Source: an uncultured Bacteroidales bacterium (GTDB lineage: Bacteria; Bacteroidota; Bacteroidia; Bacteroidales; CAIXZF01). Taken from it: a stretch of DNA of 64,000 nt. The position numbers and the translations under genes were made by a program. Location: contig CAZSQJ010000008.1 of the NCBI GenBank assembly GCA_964608665.1, positions 12,935-76,934 of the forward strand, read 5' to 3'. Below, in pieces: positions 1-8,805 of the stretch (positions are counted from its first letter, which is position 1; each line of letters begins with the position of its first letter). The notes beneath the pieces were generated by a model. The model was not told the DNA's origin, ran no database searches, and worked only from the letters and a program-made list of their open reading frames with translations.

Positions 1-696
1 TATACTTATTTTCAAAGCGGAAGCGAAGGGTCCAAGATCATGGGCTGTTATTTCACTTATCCCCTGTATCTGTATGTCGGGAATATCAGCATTGAGCGGA
101 ATTACTTCAGTACCGGCCAGTACATGGTGTATGCCTATTATGCCGATGTCAACAATGTCAGGATTATCAACAACTATTTCGACAATGTTTATTATTACCA
201 CTCCATTTACTTCCCGAACGCATCCAGCAACATTCTGATATCGAACAATTATATCAACGGTTATATCACTACCGGAGCTGGCTTCAGCGGTTTCATCACC
301 AACAATATTCTTGGCTACAGCGGCACCTTCTACAATTCGACCCTGACTAACAACATCATGATCGACGGAACCGTGACGGCAAGCAACTGCAATATCACCT
401 ATAATATTGGCAACAGCACGCAGTTTGGAAATCAGAACGGGAATCAGCAGAACGTGAACATGACCACCGTGTTTGTGGGAGCCACGGGCAACAGCACCGA
501 CGGACAGTGGCAGCTGAAAACCGGTTCTCCTGCCATCGGAGCGGGTGAAGGCGGTGTGGACTGCGGCATTTACGGGGGAGCCTATCCTTACCGCCTCTCC
601 GGACTTCCTCCCATTCCGGCAGTGTATTATTTCAACGCACCTTCTCTTCCGACCAATAATATCCAGGTGAGTCTGAAAGCAAAATCTCATAACTGA
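1..696 (+). CDS. Parallel beta-helix repeat protein, C-terminal part (5' end lies outside the window)
   Basis: Frame 1 is open from nt 1 (no stop before the Met listed at 40), with the stop at 694-696. Periodic NNYF / NNYI / TNNIL / TNNIM segments are typical of right-handed beta-helix folds. Confidence 0.6.
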   Translation, partial: YTYFQSGSEGSKIMGCYFTYPLYLYVGNISIERNYFSTGQYMVYAYYADVNNVRIINNYFDNVYYYHSIYFPNASSNILISNNYINGYITTGAGFSGFITNNILGYSGTFYNSTLTNNIMIDGTVTASNCNITYNIGNSTQFGNQNGNQQNVNMTTVFVGATGNSTDGQWQLKTGSPAIGAGEGGVDCGIYGGAYPYRLSGLPPIPAVYYFNAPSLPTNNIQVSLKAKSHN

Positions 697-750
697 TCTC
701 TTCCTTCCGCCCGGGGCGGAACCATTGTTTAACCAGGAAAAGACAGCTTT

Positions 751-3700
751 ATGAAAACAATTGTAATTCAGACCATCAGGAGTCAGCCGGGCAAAGCGGC
801 ATGGGTTATATTTACCCTGCTGTGGCTCTTTAGCTCCGGCCTGCGTGCCCAGAACATCGTCCAGGTGGAGTATTTCTTTAATACCGATCCCGGCTTTGGT
901 GCAGGAATCCAGGTACCGGTAAGCAATCCGGCACCCCTTCTCGACAACATCAACTTTGGGATCAGCACCGCCGGACTGACGGAAGGCTTCCACAGGCTTT
1001 TCATCAGAGCCCGCGACGACAGCGGCAGGTGGAGCCGGACCTATGACCGTGCCTTTCTCATCAATTCACTTCCCCTGCTATCACAGGATATTACAGAAGC
1101 AGAATACTTCTTCGACCAGGACCCGGGCCCGGGTCAGGGAAATCCCATTCCACTCACTCCGGGTCAGCACATTCAGAACCTGACGTATACCATTGATATT
1201 ACCAACCTCGCCCAGGGTATCCACCGGATCTTTGTCAGGGTAAAAGATGCAGCCGGTAACTGGAGTCTCACCCATCACCGGGCTTTTCTCAGGCAGATCA
1301 TCGTGCTGAACAATCCGGAGGTAGTTGCTGCAGAATATTTCTTCGACCAGGATCCCGGACCGGGACAGGGGAATCCCATCCCGCTCACTCCTGGTCTGAA
1401 CATTCAGAACCTGGCATATACCATTGACATTGCAGACCTCGATCAGGGTATCCACCGGATCTTTGTCAGGGTTAAAGACGCCAGCGGTAACTGGAGTCTC
1501 ACCCATCACCAGGCTTTTCTCAGGCAGGTTGTGGTTGCCGGCAATCCTGAGGTGGCTGCCGCGGAATACTACATTGACCAGGATCCGGGGTTCGGCAACG
1601 GTACTCCGATCCCTTTCGCCGTATCCGCTAATGTGACACTTGACTTTACCGTGGACATTGATTCCCTGCCGTCAGGGTTTCACCAGCTATGCGTTAGAGT
1701 GAAGGACAATGACGGCCGCTGGAGCATCACCCATTTCAAATCCTTCCTGAAAGAAGTGATTGTCATTGATAATCCCCTGATCACCGGGATCGAGTATTTC
1801 ATCGACAATGATCCCGGCTTTGGAAACGGGCAGTCCATTCCCGTCACTCCTTCGGTCAATCTGCCTTCTGTAGGTCATATCATCAACATTGCAGCCCTGA
1901 ACAACGGTTTCCACACCCTGTTCATCCGGGCCAGGGATGAAAACGGCCGGTGGAGCATCACCCAGTTCCGGAACTTCCTGAAACAAGTGGTGGTATTGAC
2001 AGAGAAGAAGATCAACAGGGCGGAATACTTCATTGACAATGATCCCGGTTTCGGACTGGGTACCGCCATTCCCGTTGAACCGGACTCCACCGACACCGAA
2101 TTGAGCTTCACTGCCGATCTCACTAACCTGGCAACGGGCTTTCACAAGTTGTTCGTCAGGACCAGGGATGAGGCAGGCCGCTGGAGTCACAGCAAATTCC
2201 AGGCATTCTTCAAAAAAGAAATCCAGCCCGACACGCTTCCCATGATCGTTGCTGTGGAATACTTTATCGACACCGACCCCGGTGCGGGCAACGGACATGC
2301 TGTCAGCGTCAATCCGGCCGTTAATACAGGTTTCCTTGCCTTTCAGCTTGATCTGAGCAATGTGGCTTTCGGCCAGCATTTTCTTTTTGTAAGGGCAAAG
2401 GATGAAAACGGAAGATGGAGCCTCATTACCCGCGACACCATCTTCTACTACCTGGATTCGCTGCCCACAGCCATGCTGACCGGTCCTGAGGGATTCTGCA
2501 TCAACAGCAGCGGGGAATTTGAGGTGACCCTCACCGGAACACCCCCATGGACCATCACCTGGTATAACGGGGAAGATACCCTGACCCAGGGCGGCATCAT
2601 GAACAGTCCCTTTGTTTTTAACGTAACTCCCTCATGGTCAGGACTCCATACGGCCAAAGTATTACAGGTTCAGGATGTGTATTATACCGGTCTGTACACC
2701 GGGATCCCCATTGAATACCAGGTTTATCCGCTGCCTGCAGCCGCCGGACCGGTAAACGGCCCGGAACATCTCTGCCAGGGGGCCGGTCATCACTGGTACT
2801 GGATCAATCCCGTGCAGCATGCCACCACCTACCAGTGGAACTACCCTGCAGGCGCGGTGGCTGTCGCCGGCCAGCACAACAGCAGCATATTGCTGGATTT
2901 CACCAATGTAAGCGGTGCGGGTACCGTGACAGTAACACCAGTGAATGCCTGCGGACCGGGTACTCCGTCCCAGCTCACAGTGACCGTGCATGCGCTGCCC
3001 GTGGTGGATGCCGGGCCCGACCAGAACATTCCGTTTGAGGACTCTGCGCTGATGGCGCCGGTGGTGACCGGAGGTTCAGAACCCTATTCCTGGTACTGGT
3101 ATCCTTACTGGCTTGTTGACAATCCTTATATACCCAATCCTACGGCTTATCCGCAGGGAAACACCACCTTTACCCTCTATGTGACCGATGCCAACGGCTG
3201 CCAGGCCTCCGACCAGGTAAGCATTTACGTGGGTTTACCGCCGGGGACACAGGTAAGCGGGGTACTGAGTTACGACAACAGTCTTTCGACACCGCTCAAC
3301 GAGGCCACCGTTTTTGTCAGGCAGGGCAGCGATGTGGTGGCTTCGGCCACGACAGGCAGCGCCGGTGATTTTACCATCCCCGGTCTGCCGGCCGGTTATT
3401 ACACCCTGTCGGCCAACTCCACCAAGCCCTGGGGCGGTGTCAACGCAACCGACGCCCTGCTGGTGCTGCAACACTTCACGGTGAACATCGAACTTGCCGG
3501 GCTGCGCCTTCAGGCTGCCGACGTGAATGCAACCGGAAGCGTGAACGCCATCGACGCCCTTCTGATTGCCAGAAGGTATACCGAGTTGATCAGCACTTTC
3601 CCTTCAGGCGACTGGCTTTCCGACATCCGCTCTGTATATGCTCCGGGAACCGGTATGATCACCGAAAACCTCGAAGCACTGGTATTTGGCGATGTTAATG

Positions 3701-4413
3701 GATCCTACGTTCCGGCTGCAAAGCTGGCAAAGGAAATTGACATCCGGCAGTCGGGGCTGTTGCAGATTCCGCCAGGACAGGCTGTGGATATTCCGTTAAC
3801 CGCCGGAACGGATCTGGAAGCAGGGGCTGTTTCCCTTACGCTCAACATTCCGGATGGTATCGAAGTCCTTGGTGTCAGTCTGCCACAAGGTCAGGCAGCC
3901 GGTAACCAAAGCGGACAACTCGTATTCAACACTGCCGGACAACTGCTGAAAATCGCCTGGTACAGTCTATCTCCGATGGACCTGAAGCAGGGAGAACCCA
4001 TGCTGATGATCAGGGTATTGTGTTATGATGAAAGCCTGAATGCCTGGGAAGCACTGGAAGGTTCTTCCATTGCCAACGGTATGGGGCAGACCATTGCCCC
4101 CCTGCTGCTCGAAATGCCTTTGATTTCTGTTGACAGGGAACAGTTCACCCTGACGGAGAACTACCCGAATCCTTTTTCAGGTGAAACCATGATCAGCTTC
4201 AGTCTCCCGGAGACAGGCATGGTTCATCTGAGTCTGGTCAATGCACTGGGACAGAACGTGAAGCACATTGTCAGCGAACCCATGCAGGCCGGCAGCCATC
4301 ACCTGGTAATTGACGGAAGCGACCTTGCAGCCGGATCGTATTACTGCAGGCTCTTGCTGGAATGCAAAGCGGGCCCGCGGCTGTTGACACGTAAAATGAT
4401 CATTCAACGTTAG
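751..4413 (+). CDS. Large T9SS-sorted surface protein (1220 aa). Order of parts: signal peptide, 7 EYFxDxDPGxGxG repeats, Ig/PKD-like Cys-containing region, beta-sandwich plus dockerin-like module, cohesin-like domain, type-A C-terminal sorting domain.
   Basis: Signal peptide AAWVIFTLLWLFSSGLRAQ. Seven repeats of about 78 aa. Dockerin-like loops AADVNATGSVNAIDALLIARRY and GDVNGSY. The C-terminus (ENYPNPFSGETMISFSL...GSYYCRL...) matches the T9SS type-A CTD pattern. Confidence 0.85.
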   Translation: MKTIVIQTIRSQPGKAAWVIFTLLWLFSSGLRAQNIVQVEYFFNTDPGFGAGIQVPVSNPAPLLDNINFGISTAGLTEGFHRLFIRARDDSGRWSRTYDRAFLINSLPLLSQDITEAEYFFDQDPGPGQGNPIPLTPGQHIQNLTYTIDITNLAQGIHRIFVRVKDAAGNWSLTHHRAFLRQIIVLNNPEVVAAEYFFDQDPGPGQGNPIPLTPGLNIQNLAYTIDIADLDQGIHRIFVRVKDASGNWSLTHHQAFLRQVVVAGNPEVAAAEYYIDQDPGFGNGTPIPFAVSANVTLDFTVDIDSLPSGFHQLCVRVKDNDGRWSITHFKSFLKEVIVIDNPLITGIEYFIDNDPGFGNGQSIPVTPSVNLPSVGHIINIAALNNGFHTLFIRARDENGRWSITQFRNFLKQVVVLTEKKINRAEYFIDNDPGFGLGTAIPVEPDSTDTELSFTADLTNLATGFHKLFVRTRDEAGRWSHSKFQAFFKKEIQPDTLPMIVAVEYFIDTDPGAGNGHAVSVNPAVNTGFLAFQLDLSNVAFGQHFLFVRAKDENGRWSLITRDTIFYYLDSLPTAMLTGPEGFCINSSGEFEVTLTGTPPWTITWYNGEDTLTQGGIMNSPFVFNVTPSWSGLHTAKVLQVQDVYYTGLYTGIPIEYQVYPLPAAAGPVNGPEHLCQGAGHHWYWINPVQHATTYQWNYPAGAVAVAGQHNSSILLDFTNVSGAGTVTVTPVNACGPGTPSQLTVTVHALPVVDAGPDQNIPFEDSALMAPVVTGGSEPYSWYWYPYWLVDNPYIPNPTAYPQGNTTFTLYVTDANGCQASDQVSIYVGLPPGTQVSGVLSYDNSLSTPLNEATVFVRQGSDVVASATTGSAGDFTIPGLPAGYYTLSANSTKPWGGVNATDALLVLQHFTVNIELAGLRLQAADVNATGSVNAIDALLIARRYTELISTFPSGDWLSDIRSVYAPGTGMITENLEALVFGDVNGSYVPAAKLAKEIDIRQSGLLQIPPGQAVDIPLTAGTDLEAGAVSLTLNIPDGIEVLGVSLPQGQAAGNQSGQLVFNTAGQLLKIAWYSLSPMDLKQGEPMLMIRVLCYDESLNAWEALEGSSIANGMGQTIAPLLLEMPLISVDREQFTLTENYPNPFSGETMISFSLPETGMVHLSLVNALGQNVKHIVSEPMQAGSHHLVIDGSDLAAGSYYCRLLLECKAGPRLLTRKMIIQR
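862..2449 (+). repeat. Seven in-frame tandem coding repeats of about 234 bp (77-81 aa). Each starts with EY[FY][FI][DN]xDPGxGxG and ends with F[IV]R[AVT][KR]D..G.WS.
   Basis: The repeat starts recur at aa 40, 118, 195, 273, 347, 426 and 507 of the 751..4413 protein. Repeats 2 and 3 (about 1096-1329 and 1330-1563) are about 83% identical in protein sequence and share long identical nucleotide runs, for example GGTATCCACCGGATCTTTGTCAGGGT. Confidence 0.85.
3241..3708 (+). other. Carboxypeptidase-regulatory-like beta-sandwich plus dockerin-like module (copy 1 of 4 in the window)
   Basis: The segment VSGVLSYDNSLSTPL...GDFTIPGLPAGYYTL...KPWGGVNATDALLVLQHF...AADVNATGSVNAIDALLIARRY...PSGDW...FGDVNGSY aligns by eye with modules at 18081-18550, 24951-25420 and 51611-52075. 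Confidence 0.6.
3730..4135 (+). other. Cohesin-like beta-sandwich domain (tentative)
   Basis: The pattern IPPGQAVDIPLTAGTDLEAGAVSLTLNIPDGIEVLGVSL...GQLLKIAWYSLSPMDLKQGEPMLMIRVLC resembles the cohesin consensus (PGdtV.iPv....i.g..f.l.yd...le...v, then g.i.ia......i..g.l..i.f.v). This is judged by eye only. Confidence 0.35.
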
Positions 4414-4436
4414 TTTCCTGCTTGTTTATTGAAGAA

Positions 4437-4467
4437 GGGTGCCCCGGAAACAGGGCACCTTTTTTTT
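4437..4467 (+). terminator. Rho-independent terminator after the 751..4413 gene
   Basis: Stem GGGTGCCC / GGGCACC, loop CGGAAACA, followed by TTTTTTTT, about 25 nt downstream of the stop. Confidence 0.75.
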
Positions 4468-4549
4468 CAATCCGGGCAGCCCGTGTCTTTCGTTCAGCTT
4501 TCCCATGATTCGTTTGGATTTCACGATCATTTGCAGCTGACATATTGCA

Positions 4550-4557
4550 TACCTTTG
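4550..4557 (+). promoter_or_regulatory. Bacteroidota-type -7 promoter box (TAnnTTTG) upstream of the kdpD-like gene
   Basis: TACCTTTG lies 17 nt upstream of the ATG at 4574. Confidence 0.4.
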
Positions 4558-4573
4558 TTATAAGAAAAAAACG

Positions 4574-5653
4574 ATGCGGCTATTACGAACAAGAAAACTA
4601 CCAATGGCGGCACAGTATATTGTGAGCCTGTCCGCAGTTCTGGCTGTTTCCTCCGTTTGTTACACAGCCTCCGGGATCATCGGTTACAGAGTGGTGGCCC
4701 TGGTGCTGATGATGACGGTATCCGTCATTGCCATGCTGTTCGACATTTTCCCTGTCCTGCTGGCTGCACTGGTGAGCGCTGTCATCTGGAATTTCTTCTT
4801 TATCCCGCCCTTATACACTTTCCATATCGATAAAGCGGAAGACATCCTCATGTTTCTGCTTTATTTCCTCATTGCATTCGTCAATGCCGCACTGACAGTG
4901 AAGATCAGGGAAGCAGAAAAGAAGAGTCGCGACAGGGAAGAGAAAGAGAATATCATCAAACTTTACAACACCCTGTTAAATTCGCTTTCCCATGAATTAA
5001 GGACGCCCATTTCCACCATCGTGGGTGCTGTAGATACCCTGAAAGAAAGCGGAGACAAACTCAGTGGCGAGAACAAGGATGTATTGTTATCTGAAATCGA
5101 CACTGCCAGCCTGCGTCTGAACCGTCAGGTGGGGAACCTTCTGAATATGAGCAGGCTTGAAAGCGGCATGCTTAAACCAAAACCTGACTGGTGCGATGTA
5201 AATGAGCTCATACACAATGTTATACAGAAAGCTAATCCCGGGAATACCCATCATATCATTTCCCTGCTGGATGAAAAACTGCCACTTTTCAGGCTTGATG
5301 GCGGATTGCTGGAACAAGTGCTTCACAACCTGGTCCATAACGCCATACAGCATACCCCCGCCGGCACCAGGGTAACATTGGAGGCAAAACATACAGGTCA
5401 TACCTGTCTGATTTCGGTATCAGACGACGGACCGGGATTTCCTGAAGATGAGATTTCGAGGGTTTTTGACAAGTTTTACAGGCTTCCGGGTGCCGGATCG
5501 GGTGGCAGCGGCCTGGGACTGTCCATCGTCAAAGGATTCACCGAAGCACAGGGTGGCCGTGTAGCCCTCGGCAACAATGACAGCGGCGGAGCTGTTTTTT
5601 ATGTTGAAATACCCGCAGATTCATCTTATATCACCAATCTGAAAAATGAATAA
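4574..5653 (+). CDS. kdpD: Sensor histidine kinase equivalent to the membrane plus kinase C-terminal half of KdpD. It lacks the N-terminal KdpD/Usp sensing domains.
   Basis: The TM region contains the NFFFIPPLYTF motif (compare KdpD NFFF.P). H-box LSHELRTPIST, N-box HNLVHNAIQHT, G-boxes DDGPGF and GSGLGLSIV. Confidence 0.7.
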   Translation: MRLLRTRKLPMAAQYIVSLSAVLAVSSVCYTASGIIGYRVVALVLMMTVSVIAMLFDIFPVLLAALVSAVIWNFFFIPPLYTFHIDKAEDILMFLLYFLIAFVNAALTVKIREAEKKSRDREEKENIIKLYNTLLNSLSHELRTPISTIVGAVDTLKESGDKLSGENKDVLLSEIDTASLRLNRQVGNLLNMSRLESGMLKPKPDWCDVNELIHNVIQKANPGNTHHIISLLDEKLPLFRLDGGLLEQVLHNLVHNAIQHTPAGTRVTLEAKHTGHTCLISVSDDGPGFPEDEISRVFDKFYRLPGAGSGGSGLGLSIVKGFTEAQGGRVALGNNDSGGAVFYVEIPADSSYITNLKNE

Positions 5654-6323
5654 GGCAGACATTCTGGTCATAGACGATGAACCCCAGATCAGGAAATTAC
5701 TGGAGATTACCCTTGAAAGCAATGATTACAGGGTATGGCAGGCCGGGACAGGGAAAGAAGGAATGATCATGGCGGCACACCACCCGCCTGAGCTGATCAT
5801 TCTCGATCTTGGCCTGCCGGATACAAATGGCCATGAGATTCTGAAATCACTTCGGTTGTGGTATAACAAGGCCATTATCATTCTTTCCGTGCAGAACAGC
5901 GAGGAGGATATTGTCAGTGCCCTGGACAACGGAGCGACCGACTACCTCACCAAGCCTTTCCGGACCGCGGAGCTCCTTGCCCGTATCCGGTCTGCCATTC
6001 GCAGGAACCAATCCGGGACAGAGCACAGCGTGATTGATTGCGGGGATCTCCAGTTGGATCTGGTATCCAGAACGGTGAAGAAAAACGGTGAGATCATCAG
6101 ACTCACCTCCACTGAATATAACCTGCTTTCGCTTTTCACAAGGAACGAAGGCAGGGTACTTACCCATCAGTACATTCTCAAAGAGATCTGGGGTGTGGGG
6201 TACCAGACGGAAACCCAATACCTGAGAGTCTTTGTGGCCTCCCTTCGCAGGAAGATCGAGGATAATCCGGATCACCCGGTACACATCATCACAGAGACCG
6301 GCGTAGGTTACCGTTTCAGTTGA
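5646..6323 (+). CDS. kdpE: KdpE-type OmpR-family response regulator
   Basis: Receiver domain (LIILDLGLPD, LTKPF) plus winged helix. The C-terminal YLRVFVASLRRKIEDNPDHPVHIITETGVGYRF closely parallels E. coli KdpE YLRIYMGHLRQKLEQDPARPRHFITETGIGYRF. The start overlaps the kinase stop (ATGAATAA). Confidence 0.85.
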   Translation: MNKADILVIDDEPQIRKLLEITLESNDYRVWQAGTGKEGMIMAAHHPPELIILDLGLPDTNGHEILKSLRLWYNKAIIILSVQNSEEDIVSALDNGATDYLTKPFRTAELLARIRSAIRRNQSGTEHSVIDCGDLQLDLVSRTVKKNGEIIRLTSTEYNLLSLFTRNEGRVLTHQYILKEIWGVGYQTETQYLRVFVASLRRKIEDNPDHPVHIITETGVGYRFS

Positions 6324-6426
6324 CCCCGGTCCGTTGTCTTTATACCTTCTTTATATCAAACCGGCATTTTTTACTTTTTCCCGATGAAGACTCCCACACC
6401 TTTGCAGGCGGAATATCATCAGGAAC

Positions 6427-8442
6427 TTGCAAACACTTCATCAGAAAAACGGGAAAGTCACGGCGGCCACCCTGCTGGTTGCTCTGGGCATTGTTTACGG
6501 TGACATCGGCACCAGTCCGCTTTATGTAATGAAGGCAATCGCCGGTGAGAGGCCGGTTTCAGCGTTGCTGATATACGGAGGAGTATCCTGCATCTTCTGG
6601 ACCCTGACTTTCCAGACAACATTCAAATACATCTTTCTGACGCTGAAAGCAGACAACCGGGGAGAGGGAGGAATTTTCTCCCTGTATGCACTTGTAAAGA
6701 AACACAGTAAATACTTATACATACCAACCATCATTGGTGCCTCCACACTGATCGCGGATGGAATCATCACTCCGCCCATCTCGGTATCTTCTGCCATCGA
6801 AGGGCTCACAAACGTAAGGGGCTTCGAAAACATACCCACGGTTGGTATTGTTATCCTGATTCTTTCCATACTGTTTTTTGTTCAGAGATTCGGCACCCAG
6901 ATCATTGGGACATCATTTGGTCCCGTAATGCTGGTCTGGTTCAGTATGATTGCTGTCCTTGGAGCGATTCAGATTATCCAGTATCCCCTCATCCTGAAGG
7001 CATTAAGCCCTGTTTATGCGATACACCTGTTGCTGGCATATCCCGGCGGTCTTCTTCTCCTCGGGGCTGTCTTTCTGGCTACTACGGGTGCTGAAGCCCT
7101 GTACTCCGATCTGGGTCATTGCGGCAGGAAAAACATCCGGATTACCTGGATGATGGTGAAATCCGGCCTGATGATCAATTACCTCGGCCAGGCAGCATGG
7201 GTCATGCAACTTGGTGAAGGCGCCATTCTTGAGGGGCGCAACCCATTCTTCGAAATCATGCCCTACTGGTTCCTGATCTTTGGCATTGCCATCGCCACAT
7301 CAGCAGCAATTATAGCATCACAGGCGCTCATCAGCGGAAGTTACACCCTGATCAATGAAGCAATGAACCTGAACTTCTGGCCACGGGTGGCCGTCAGACA
7401 ACCCTCAGAGGTTAAGGGACAAATATATATACCCAGTATCAATATCCTGCTTTGGGCCGGTTGCCTGATGATCGTTTTGTATCTTGGTAACTCCTCAAAC
7501 ATGGAAGCTGCATACGGCCTTGCCATTACACTGACCATGATGGCAACCACATTCCTCCTGGCTTACTTCCTGATAAAAAGGCTGAAATGGAAGAAAATCA
7601 TTGTAACAGCAATCCTTTTACTGTTCGCAACTATTGAGATCACTTTTCTCGGAGCCAATATACAGAAATTTCCTGACGGGGGGTACATCACACTATTGAT
7701 ATCATCTGTATGTGCATTCATCATGTATTCAGTGTATTCAGGCAGAAAAATCAGCAACCGTTTCACCCGTTTTACCGATCTTGGGAAGCATGCCATCAAA
7801 CTCAAAGAACTCAGCGATGATGCATCCATTCCAAAATTCTCCACGCATCTGATCTATCTCACCAAGGCCGATTACCGGCATGAGATCGAAGAAAAGATCA
7901 TCAAATCTGTCTTCGGACGAAATCCGAAAAGAGCCGACATTTACTGGTTTCTTCACATCAACCGCACAGCTGAACCATATACGCTAAGCTTTGATGTTTC
8001 GGAACTGGTTCAGGATACTGTCATCAAGATCAACATCAACATCGGTTTCAGGATACAACCGCGGGTGGAACTTTACTTCAAGAAAATCGTTCTTGAACTG
8101 ATCAATAACCGGGAGCTGAACCTTCATAACAGACCCGACGGATCAACCCGCTATAACAGTGATCCTGACTTCAAATTTGTGGTGATCGAGAAATTTCTCT
8201 CTGTAGAAAATGAATTTTCCCTTCGCGACGGCCTCCTGTTGAACACCTATTTTCTGCTGAAAAAATGGGGTCTGAGCGATCAAAAAGCCTTCGGTCTTGA
8301 TAAGTGTGATGTGGTTACCGAATTTGTACCCCTGGTTTACCAGCCCGTCAATAATATCGAACTCAGAAGGGAGAACCATCACCAGACACATGCCACGAAC
8401 ATCCGATACGAAAAATCAAAGCAAGGAAATCCAATCACTTAA
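6427..8442 (+). CDS. kup: KUP/HAK/KT-family potassium uptake transporter
   Basis: Hallmark GDIGTSPLYV near the N-terminus, about 12 TM helices, and a cytoplasmic C-terminal domain. The track start is TTG, so the exact start is uncertain. Confidence 0.9.
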   Translation: MQTLHQKNGKVTAATLLVALGIVYGDIGTSPLYVMKAIAGERPVSALLIYGGVSCIFWTLTFQTTFKYIFLTLKADNRGEGGIFSLYALVKKHSKYLYIPTIIGASTLIADGIITPPISVSSAIEGLTNVRGFENIPTVGIVILILSILFFVQRFGTQIIGTSFGPVMLVWFSMIAVLGAIQIIQYPLILKALSPVYAIHLLLAYPGGLLLLGAVFLATTGAEALYSDLGHCGRKNIRITWMMVKSGLMINYLGQAAWVMQLGEGAILEGRNPFFEIMPYWFLIFGIAIATSAAIIASQALISGSYTLINEAMNLNFWPRVAVRQPSEVKGQIYIPSINILLWAGCLMIVLYLGNSSNMEAAYGLAITLTMMATTFLLAYFLIKRLKWKKIIVTAILLLFATIEITFLGANIQKFPDGGYITLLISSVCAFIMYSVYSGRKISNRFTRFTDLGKHAIKLKELSDDASIPKFSTHLIYLTKADYRHEIEEKIIKSVFGRNPKRADIYWFLHINRTAEPYTLSFDVSELVQDTVIKININIGFRIQPRVELYFKKIVLELINNRELNLHNRPDGSTRYNSDPDFKFVVIEKFLSVENEFSLRDGLLLNTYFLLKKWGLSDQKAFGLDKCDVVTEFVPLVYQPVNNIELRRENHHQTHATNIRYEKSKQGNPIT

Positions 8443-8447
8443 CCCGG

Positions 8448-8747
8448 ATGAAGACGAACCATTCACAGGAATTGCTCGAGAAGATCGTTTCACTGACTGA
8501 TAAAAAAATAGACATGGTATTAAGAAGCGGTGAAGTGATCAGCGGTATGATCACAGGATTCATCGGTAATGAAACCGGAGGTGGGGAGGGACGCATCCTG
8601 AAGTGGCGGATTGCCGGTGAAGATGAAGGGGCCTTGCTGGGCACTGATCCCTTCGGATTCACCATTGGCCGGACGATCGATCATAAAGCAATTGCAGAGG
8701 TAAGGTTCAGGCAGGACCAGACAGTTATGAAATTCAGCCGGGATTGA
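8448..8747 (+). CDS. Hypothetical 99-aa protein, 5 nt downstream of kup
   Basis: ATG-initiated ORF that is tightly linked and co-directional with kup. I recognise no family. Confidence 0.5.
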   Translation: MKTNHSQELLEKIVSLTDKKIDMVLRSGEVISGMITGFIGNETGGGEGRILKWRIAGEDEGALLGTDPFGFTIGRTIDHKAIAEVRFRQDQTVMKFSRD

Positions 8748-8805
8748 AATTTCATGGACATTTCGGGCATCAGAACTCTGCCGGCAGGCACAGATTCAAG
8801 CTTTT

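Noticed and set aside
6324-6426. Possible K+/c-di-AMP-type riboswitch upstream of kup
   Set aside because: The spacer is only 103 nt. I could not find the paired pseudo-symmetric helices or conserved ACGR/CCGA-type cores expected of the ydaO/kimA class, so a riboswitch is not supported by eye. A covariance-model scan would settle it.
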